A DNA stretch of 64,000 nucleotides from an uncultured Thermoplasmatales archaeon (lineage in GTDB: Archaea > Thermoplasmatota > E2 > DHVEG-1), in the NCBI GenBank assembly GCA_964618505.1, contig CAZUBH010000003.1:20687-84686 (forward strand), written 5' to 3'. The notes beneath the pieces were generated by a model. That model was not told where the DNA came from and did no database searches. It saw only the letters and a program-made list of their open reading frames with translations. The position numbers were made by a program, and so were the translations under genes. The first letter of the stretch is position 1. Each line of letters begins with the position of its first letter. Of the stretch, positions 57,179-64,000 are shown piece by piece.

Positions 57179-57627
57179 ATTAAATCTTTTATCTTTTCCT
57201 TATCATCATTTTTTTCATTTGGTCTTATTATCATAACAGAACAAGGGGCTCTTTTTAATACCTCTTCTGATACGCTTCCTAATAAAAATCTATTAAATCC
57301 AGTTCTACCGTGACTTGCCATAACAATTAAATCTTCATCATCAGTATAATTAACAATTTCATCTGCTGGAACTCCTCTTTTTAGCTCTGTAGAAACATTC
57401 ACACCTTTTTGCTCAGCTATTTGTTTAACTTGATCTAAATTTTTTATTTTTGTTTCGTTAAGTTTATTTTCTAAAAGAGTTGAAAGAACGTATTGCTGAG
57501 CCTCATTTATAGAAATAAGTGTAACATCAACATTTAATAATTTAGCAAAATATGCACCTTGCTCGGTCGCAATTTTAGACGCTTCAGTGTCATCAATTGG
57601 AACAACAACTCTTTTTATTTTTTTCAT
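57175..57627 (-). CDS. Universal stress protein (UspA family)
   Basis: [24 protein letters not shown]...LLGSVSE..L. Confidence 0.93.
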   Translation of the reverse strand: MKKIKRVVVPIDDTEASKIATEQGAYFAKLLNVDVTLISINEAQQYVLSTLLENKLNETKIKNLDQVKQIAEQKGVNVSTELKRGVPADEIVNYTDDEDLIVMASHGRTGFNRFLLGSVSEEVLKRAPCSVMIIRPNEKNDDKEKIKDLI

Positions 57628-57844
57628 AACAATCAGTTTTATCTTATTAACCTAGCATTTCTGCTAGTATGTATTCCCTTCCTCAATAAGTAAAATAAAT
57701 TATCCATTTAAAAATGTATGTGAAAAATTGTCAAAAAAATGAATTTTTAAAAATGGATAATATCTGTAAAGAACCTCGATAACACTTGTACAACAACTCC
57801 TTTTAAACAAAACCTACAAAATAGAATTGAGGAGTGAAAAAAAA

Positions 57845-57955
57845 ATGTTGATTGTTGGTCAAGTATCGTCCCCTGAAGAAGCTGCTGATATAGAATTTAT
57901 TGCAAAATCATTTGTTGTAGCAAACAGAGCAAAAGTTCTTGCAGGTAGAATATAA
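57845..57955 (+). CDS. Unannotated 36-aa microprotein
   Basis: GAGGAG SD; MLIVGQVSSPEEAADIEFIAKSFVVANRAKVLAGRI; similar to 21100-21210. Confidence 0.6.
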   Translation: MLIVGQVSSPEEAADIEFIAKSFVVANRAKVLAGRI

Positions 57956-58197
57956 AGAGGTGTTTTAAACGATAAATAAAAACTCTAAAATTTGGATTTG
58001 GGTTCAAAATTGTAAAATATACAAAGCAGTTTATGACCCTTGTGAAAAAATTTTAACCATATATAATCATAATGATATTATAGTACTTGTAAGAAAAAAA
58101 ATTAGCAAAGAAGATATAAAACAAATAGAAAAAATATTTATTGGTAAAAATGCAAAAAGATTAGATGGAAACAATAGCTCATTTACTTATTTATAAT

Positions 58198-58617
58198 CTA
58201 ATCTACAATTCTATACTTGACCCATGAATCTATAAATCTTTTTGAAAGTTGTGGACCTGCTTTTGATATATCTGTTGCCGTTACAATACCAATTATTGAA
58301 TCATTAAAAAAGACAGGTAGTTTTTTTATTTGATTTTTATCCATTAGCTCAACAGCGTCTTCAACTTTTTTAAGTGCGTGTATTTTTACTATATCTTTTG
58401 ACATTATCTCTTTTACTTTAGTATTTTGTGCATCTTTATTCTCACAAACTGCTCTTTCGATTATATCTCTTTCAGTTAAAATTCCAACACAAATTTCATC
58501 TTTCATTATGAGAAGTGATCCAACCTTTTTATCTCTGTAGATCAAACAAGCTTGAAACACTGTATCCTCAGGAGAAACAGATACGATATCTTTTGACATT
58601 ATTTCTTTAACAAGCAT
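58198..58617 (-). CDS. CBS domain pair protein (paralog of 21213-21632)
   Basis: MLVKEIM, VGSLL, GILTERDI, IKKLPV, GIVTATDI; same length (139 aa). Confidence 0.92.
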   Translation of the reverse strand: MLVKEIMSKDIVSVSPEDTVFQACLIYRDKKVGSLLIMKDEICVGILTERDIIERAVCENKDAQNTKVKEIMSKDIVKIHALKKVEDAVELMDKNQIKKLPVFFNDSIIGIVTATDISKAGPQLSKRFIDSWVKYRIVD

Positions 58618-58727
58618 TTTTGATCAAACAATGTAATTAATTTTAAATAATATAATTTTTCATAATAGAAAGGCCCTGATTAAACAGAATCCAAGACTTC
58701 ATATTGCATTAAGTTATTACCAACTTT

Positions 58728-59237
58728 GTGAAAATAAAACCTAGATCAGAATTACTAAATGATCTCATAAGGGATTCGAAGAAAAAATCTGAAGGTTGGA
58801 AAGCAGCATTTTACAAAGATAGTAATCTTCTCTCTAATGATTACTATATATTAAATCCAAATGTTGGAGTTTATCTTATTAAAGAATACCAAAAAAATCC
58901 TTTTAGAATTGAAGGAATTGGATCTAAAATTGCACGAAAGGTAGACGAAGATGTTGAAGAAAGCATTATAAAAAATTCTGGGGACTTTGGTATTGTACAA
59001 GGAGATATTAACAAGATCGTAAAAAACATAAAAAAAGGCGTCCATCCTCAAACAATTCTTGAGCAAGGAATAAAAGGAAAAGATATGGGAATAAAAGTCC
59101 CACTAAAAGGCAAAGCTTCTAGTTCAAAAAATACTATTGATAAACTTAACAATTCGTATTCTAAACAAAAAAAGAAAATAGATATGAAATTTAGTAAAAA
59201 AGCTTCTGATGAAGGTTTATATAGTTCATATGATTAG
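58728..59237 (+). CDS. Hypothetical protein
   Basis: 169-aa ORF filling the gap, host-like codon usage. Confidence 0.65.
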   Translation: MKIKPRSELLNDLIRDSKKKSEGWKAAFYKDSNLLSNDYYILNPNVGVYLIKEYQKNPFRIEGIGSKIARKVDEDVEESIIKNSGDFGIVQGDINKIVKNIKKGVHPQTILEQGIKGKDMGIKVPLKGKASSSKNTIDKLNNSYSKQKKKIDMKFSKKASDEGLYSSYD

Positions 59238-59239
59238 TT

Positions 59240-60556
59240 TTACTTCAAATACTCTTTAACTTTTTTATCTGCATCCTTTCTTTTTTTATCAAGGCTTTCT
59301 AACATATTTTTTGTTAGTTCAGAAGCATATTTTTTACAACTTCCGCACATTTGCTTACCTGTCTTACATGACAAGAATATATCATGAAGTTCCTTATCAT
59401 CCTCAATCAAATGATATAAAAACAATTCATAAACGACACATTGGTCCGGATTTCCTCCATGTTTTTTCTGTTCTTCAAGTGTAACAGCCCCTCCTGTTTT
59501 TGCATGCATAATTTTCTTTTTAGCATCTTCTGTCGAATCAGTTAAAAAAATTGCACTTTCAGGTTTTGATGAAGACATCTTATCACCTGTAAGACCTGTC
59601 ATAAATCTGTGAAAAGTTGCGGAAGGTGAAAAAAACCCATAACCTCCAAAGTTTAATTCAGATTCTGCAAGTGTATTGTTTATCTTTGAGATATCCTGTT
59701 TTTTTGCATCATTAATATAAATCGCTTTATATTCATCGATTCTTTTTAAAGTTTTAAATCCTAATTTTTTAAGTATTTTTTCGGCATTATCCAGAAGTTC
59801 TTTGACATTGTCGTCAACTTTAACAAATACGCCTATTTTATTATCTTTTGTCTCAGTTACGTTATAAAGCCTATGAGATTGGGCTATATCTCTACTAAGT
59901 CTAATATGAGGATCTTGATCAACTCCTACCGGAACTAAAACAGGTCTAACTCCTCCATACTCTTGAAGTTGGACATGTAATATGTCTCCGGTTTGAACCA
60001 TTGGAGACATTATATGAGACATATTTGTAGAACCATTAAATCCATAGGTTGCTACCATTTGAGACCAATTTACTTTTTTGCCTAAAAGATAACCCATATC
60101 TTTTACATCTTGATTTTTTGATTGAAAATAAATATGACAATTATTTGGTTTCAAACCAAGTGCAATGTAGTTTTTTATATATTCATTTACAGCAAGTTTT
60201 TCTGTTTCTTTTAAAGAATAACCTCTTGTTGCATAGGATTCAATATCTGCTATAGCAATGTGTATATCTGCTCCAATGCTTTGATAATAAATTACCTGAT
60301 CTATGACCATTTTATGTCCAAGATGCATTCTACCTGAAGGCATTAATCCTGTGAGAATTGCCCAAGGTTTTCTTTCTAAAACGGCATCTCTAATTGATTC
60401 AAAACCCCTATGGCCAAATACAATCCCTCTTCTAAGTAGTTTATGCGGATGAGGTAAATCTTTGTAAAGATCATCTGAAAATTCTTGAATACCAAATTCA
60501 TCTCTTAGTCTTGAATAATCCTGATATGTTGTAGAGCTCCATGGATCTATTTTCAT
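59240..60556 (-). CDS. trpS: Tryptophan--tRNA ligase
   Basis: TGLMPSGRMHLGH, PVGVDQDPH, KMSSS, AKTGG. Confidence 0.96.
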   Translation of the reverse strand: MKIDPWSSTTYQDYSRLRDEFGIQEFSDDLYKDLPHPHKLLRRGIVFGHRGFESIRDAVLERKPWAILTGLMPSGRMHLGHKMVIDQVIYYQSIGADIHIAIADIESYATRGYSLKETEKLAVNEYIKNYIALGLKPNNCHIYFQSKNQDVKDMGYLLGKKVNWSQMVATYGFNGSTNMSHIMSPMVQTGDILHVQLQEYGGVRPVLVPVGVDQDPHIRLSRDIAQSHRLYNVTETKDNKIGVFVKVDDNVKELLDNAEKILKKLGFKTLKRIDEYKAIYINDAKKQDISKINNTLAESELNFGGYGFFSPSATFHRFMTGLTGDKMSSSKPESAIFLTDSTEDAKKKIMHAKTGGAVTLEEQKKHGGNPDQCVVYELFLYHLIEDDKELHDIFLSCKTGKQMCGSCKKYASELTKNMLESLDKKRKDADKKVKEYLK

Positions 60557-60627
60557 TTATATCAATTTCAAAATCTGATACTATTTCAAAAACTTACCGA
60601 AAGAAAATAAAAAAAGAAAAAATATGT

Positions 60628-63600
60628 TTATTTGTTTTTCTTTTTAAGAAAGATTATTGCACCAATGACTAATAAAGAAAGCAGTGCAACTATTCCTACT
60701 ATCATTGCTATTTGCATTATAGGCGATACCGGCTCTCTGGCATTTGGATAACTATCTACGCCAAATGGCATGTGTCCATCAACAAAGAATTCTTCGTCTG
60801 ATCTCAAATTCAAAGAAGCTACTTCAGAGGCTTTCCAATTATTCTTATCACTGAATTCTGTACTTGGCACCCAAACTCTCAAATCTGGATCGCCATATAA
60901 ACAAACATTCTCTGCTAAGTCCCACCACCATTGTGGAGGTTCTGAGATATATAATATACCTACTTTGCTTATTCCTTCAGTATAAATCTCGCCTATTGTT
61001 TTACCCATTGCTATGCCTCTTGGTACACCGTTTTGCCATACATCTGAATACCATGAGGTAGCCCATGGATCCATAATCTGAAATACTGAGCCATGCCTCA
61101 TCATTGTTAAATGCAAATATTTTCCTGCGGGAAGACATGCGACACTAGACACTCCTGCAGAGTGAATATTACCTATTGCATCATCCACCTGGGTACCATT
61201 ATACCATGAAGTTCCAAATCTTCCCAGTAGAACTGTGATAATGACTCCATCATAGTAATCCTCGTTATCTTGAAGCCAATCTGGAGTAAACCATCTTATA
61301 ATAGGAAGGCTGGCAAGATTTCCAATAATGTCTCTTATGGGTCTTTTAGCAAGAGAATAATCAAGTGCGGTAGTAATAAATCTCATACCATTTGGATCGG
61401 GATTTCCAAATATTGATGGCAAAATTCCATGTATATCCATTGTCATTGTGTCAGGTTCATCAGTAGAACCAAGATTCCATTCATATCCTCTCCAAGGATT
61501 TGTTTCTTTATTATAGCCAGCAAGTGGTATTGCAGGATAGGCAGCTCCTGGGTTTGGATTGTCTCCTTCTACATCCCAAAACATAAGCATACCTCCATCG
61601 TGAGGACCGCCGTGAGTATTTATCAACCAAAGTAGAACGCCTTGATTCAAATTATACATATTTGCGTCAAAGTTAGTTGAATAAACAGGGTCAAATCCAC
61701 CTTGTTTAATATAAAACGGTTGTACTTCAGAACCACTCATATCGGCTAAAAATCCACCTTCTTGACCATTAACTGCAACCATAACACCGTCATCAATTGG
61801 CTCCAGTGATTGAGTTACACCTGGAATATCTCCATCGGCACATTTGTATGTAAATCCCCAATACTTGCTTGCTCTACTGTTAAATTTATGATCGTAGCAT
61901 ATTAATGTATCTAGGACAGGATATTGGAACGTCTCTTCTTCAGAAGGTTTTGTTATTTTTAAACCAAGAGTTCCTCTCCATGGGAACCTTCTCATGCTAC
62001 TACTTCCGTTAATAAGTTGGTAGCCTGACGGATTTTTCAAAGCAGGATTTTGAAAAACTAGTTGTGGATAAAACACATTTTTTGATATCCAAACTGAAAG
62101 ATCGGTTGGTGATCCTATAAATCTTCCAGGCTTTCCTTTTCCGACAAAAACCCTATCCCAAGGAAGGCCAATATCATATTGTCCTCCAACAGTAATTATA
62201 GTTTCTAATCCTTCTTTATCAAAATCATGATATTTAAGAAAATCATAAATTCTGGAACCTGTTAAATACATTTCAGATACTGTAGGAAGCTTTGAATATC
62301 CATTAGAGTGTCTTTGCCAAAGTTCATTATGCCATACAACAGAAGATGAAAGTTCAGGATGATTGTCAATAATTAATAAAGGACTGCCATGATGTGCTGC
62401 AATGTATGCAGCAGGACCCACAGCTAATGCGCCTGGCCATTCGCCAGCTACTTCTAATTCTGCAACATGCCAGTAACTATATGGGTCTACAGTTGAAAAT
62501 ATGACATCATTTCTACCAGTCATATTACGTATTTCTGAATAAGCATTATCATAATCTGAAATATAATCTATACTTGAAATTTCTTTGATCTTGTTTTTTG
62601 TATCTTTATTAAGATTCTTTCCAAGATCAACAATACAAATATTTTTCACCCCTAATTTGTAAAGTGCGTCTGAAGTGCAACTTGGAAGCTCTGAACTTTT
62701 TGTATACAAAAGAGGTGCATTCAACAAAGATGCAAGAATGGCTCCTTCACTTGCTGAAGCAAGTCCATCGCCTTCTTCCCTTGTCATGTTGTATTCCCAA
62801 GAATAAGTTAATTCAAAATCAACTGGTGAATTGATTTCCCCAAGAGCAAATACACAAATTTGATATTTTTCTCCAGGAAGACATTCTCCAAGTCTATCTA
62901 CTTTCATATCTGTCTCTGTTCCATCAGGCAATGGTATACCTGCACCTTCTCCATGCGATCCTTCAGCTGAGTGACAATTAGTAGAAACTCCATGCTCTCT
63001 TGTAGAAAGAACTTCTTCACCACTCGGACCTATGAGTGAAAAACCTAGATCAATGTTGGGGTCATCCCAGGATAGTTTAAAATTTGCATTTCTTGCACCA
63101 TAATCAGGAACATCTGGAACATCAATAGTAACTCCTGGCAGCATCTCAATATCTATCTGATACATTACCTGTCTCATGTTTTTGAGTATGTCAATTATAC
63201 GTCCAAATCTACCAAATCCAAGAGTAAGTAGATTTCTATGAACTTGAGGTTCAAGTGTTAAGTCCTTAATTTCGTCATCTTTATCATCCAAAAACGAGCT
63301 AGGACTAATAGACTTAGTTGGAACATCTGTTAAGGCGACACTCCAATCTCCACTTTTATAGACATAAACTGAAGTTTTATCAATGTCCATTCCGCCTTGC
63401 GCATTCCATGCACTTGTGATTCCTGCCATCATCCAGTTTCCATCTTTTTCACAATATATTTGCAAATCTCTGTCGCCGGCCGGAACTGACATATTAATGA
63501 TTCCTTCAAAACCTGGAACTCCAAAATCAAAATAGAAGCTTGGATACCATGATCTAACTTTAAGAAGTTTATAACCTTCGGGTACTGAAAACTCATTGTA

Positions 63601-64000
63601 AGTTGGATATACTTCATTAGTTTTGGGTACTTCAAAGTGCTCAGTTAAAATTCCATCTTTATTAGATAAGGTTCCAGTAGTTTTATTTGTAACCATATAT
63701 TCGGGTTTTTCTTGTTTTTCTTCAATAACCGCTACTACTGCATCTTTTGAATAAGACCAATCATCAAGAGCGATTTGTGATGCAATACTGTATGGGTCCT
63801 GCCCTTCAATTAGGGAATAATTTTTTGCCCGCCAATCATTCTTTAAGTCATTTTTCCCTAGATTTATCAGAGTCATTTGATCTAAATAACCATTACAGTA
63901 TGACATCCAATCTTCCATAAAATAATCAATTCCTTGATAAGCATTTAATGATCTTTCTTTATCTTCGTCGCTTAAATGCTCGTCTTGATAGTAAAGTAAA
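60628..64000 (-). CDS. Large membrane-anchored surface protein with C25-peptidase-like C-terminal region (5' end outside the window)
   Basis: Frame open to the window edge; AILASLLNAPLLYT cell-wall-binding-2-like motif; NTHGG, SVAC, LYGDPDL; C-terminal TM plus KKKNK. Confidence 0.7.
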   Translation of the reverse strand, partial: LLYYQDEHLSDEDKERSLNAYQGIDYFMEDWMSYCNGYLDQMTLINLGKNDLKNDWRAKNYSLIEGQDPYSIASQIALDDWSYSKDAVVAVIEEKQEKPEYMVTNKTTGTLSNKDGILTEHFEVPKTNEVYPTYNEFSVPEGYKLLKVRSWYPSFYFDFGVPGFEGIINMSVPAGDRDLQIYCEKDGNWMMAGITSAWNAQGGMDIDKTSVYVYKSGDWSVALTDVPTKSISPSSFLDDKDDEIKDLTLEPQVHRNLLTLGFGRFGRIIDILKNMRQVMYQIDIEMLPGVTIDVPDVPDYGARNANFKLSWDDPNIDLGFSLIGPSGEEVLSTREHGVSTNCHSAEGSHGEGAGIPLPDGTETDMKVDRLGECLPGEKYQICVFALGEINSPVDFELTYSWEYNMTREEGDGLASASEGAILASLLNAPLLYTKSSELPSCTSDALYKLGVKNICIVDLGKNLNKDTKNKIKEISSIDYISDYDNAYSEIRNMTGRNDVIFSTVDPYSYWHVAELEVAGEWPGALAVGPAAYIAAHHGSPLLIIDNHPELSSSVVWHNELWQRHSNGYSKLPTVSEMYLTGSRIYDFLKYHDFDKEGLETIITVGGQYDIGLPWDRVFVGKGKPGRFIGSPTDLSVWISKNVFYPQLVFQNPALKNPSGYQLINGSSSMRRFPWRGTLGLKITKPSEEETFQYPVLDTLICYDHKFNSRASKYWGFTYKCADGDIPGVTQSLEPIDDGVMVAVNGQEGGFLADMSGSEVQPFYIKQGGFDPVYSTNFDANMYNLNQGVLLWLINTHGGPHDGGMLMFWDVEGDNPNPGAAYPAIPLAGYNKETNPWRGYEWNLGSTDEPDTMTMDIHGILPSIFGNPDPNGMRFITTALDYSLAKRPIRDIIGNLASLPIIRWFTPDWLQDNEDYYDGVIITVLLGRFGTSWYNGTQVDDAIGNIHSAGVSSVACLPAGKYLHLTMMRHGSVFQIMDPWATSWYSDVWQNGVPRGIAMGKTIGEIYTEGISKVGILYISEPPQWWWDLAENVCLYGDPDLRVWVPSTEFSDKNNWKASEVASLNLRSDEEFFVDGHMPFGVDSYPNAREPVSPIMQIAMIVGIVALLSLLVIGAIIFLKKKNK

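Noticed and set aside
57643-57690. Hairpin CTAGCA/TGCTAG with flanking CTTATT/AATAAG upstream of the usp gene
   Set aside because: Could be a 5' UTR structure or operator, but it is short and has no supporting second copy.
59640-59870. ~75-aa insertion in TrpRS before the KMSSS region
   Set aside because: Insertions at this position occur in other euryarchaeal/Thermoplasmata TrpRS; not considered novel.
1-64000. CRISPR arrays, tRNA or rRNA genes, integrase-type att sites
   Set aside because: No regularly spaced repeats, cloverleaf/T-loop motifs, rRNA-like GC-rich tracts or tyrosine/serine recombinase seen by eye; the island is better explained by the DDE TIR/TSD signature.

Overview
AT-rich archaeal chromosome segment. 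Archaeal LeuRS, SRP54, TrpRS, Sm protein and a thermosome next to grpE-dnaK, plus secreted C25 gingipain-family proteases, point to Thermoplasmatota, probably a sediment MBG-D/Thermoprofundales-like lineage (inference). Bases 1-31,900 and 53,040-64,000 are mostly housekeeping and proteolysis/amino-acid catabolism genes plus an Mbh-type Mrp antiporter operon. The main discovery is a 21,059-bp element (31974-53032). It is bounded by ISH3-type CAG-terminated inverted repeats (12/15 match) and an exact 5-bp target-site duplication (CTTAA), with one N-terminally extended ISH3-family DDE transposase at its right end. It looks like a giant single-transposase cargo transposon inserted just upstream of the thermosome promoter. 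Its cargo is an ArsR/ArsP-thioredoxin-CcdA operon, an unusual caspase-RNase HIII fusion, small nucleases and regulators, and an SNF2 helicase-DUF1156 methylase-DUF499 ATPase-YaaC defence-like operon. Other signals: a candidate structured small RNA directly downstream of the Sm gene, a histidine ammonia-lyase with Ala-Cys-Gly in place of the Ala-Ser-Gly MIO motif, a family of ~36-aa unannotated microproteins paired with CBS-domain genes, and several zinc-finger microproteins. All family assignments come from motif recognition by eye; no database searches were run.
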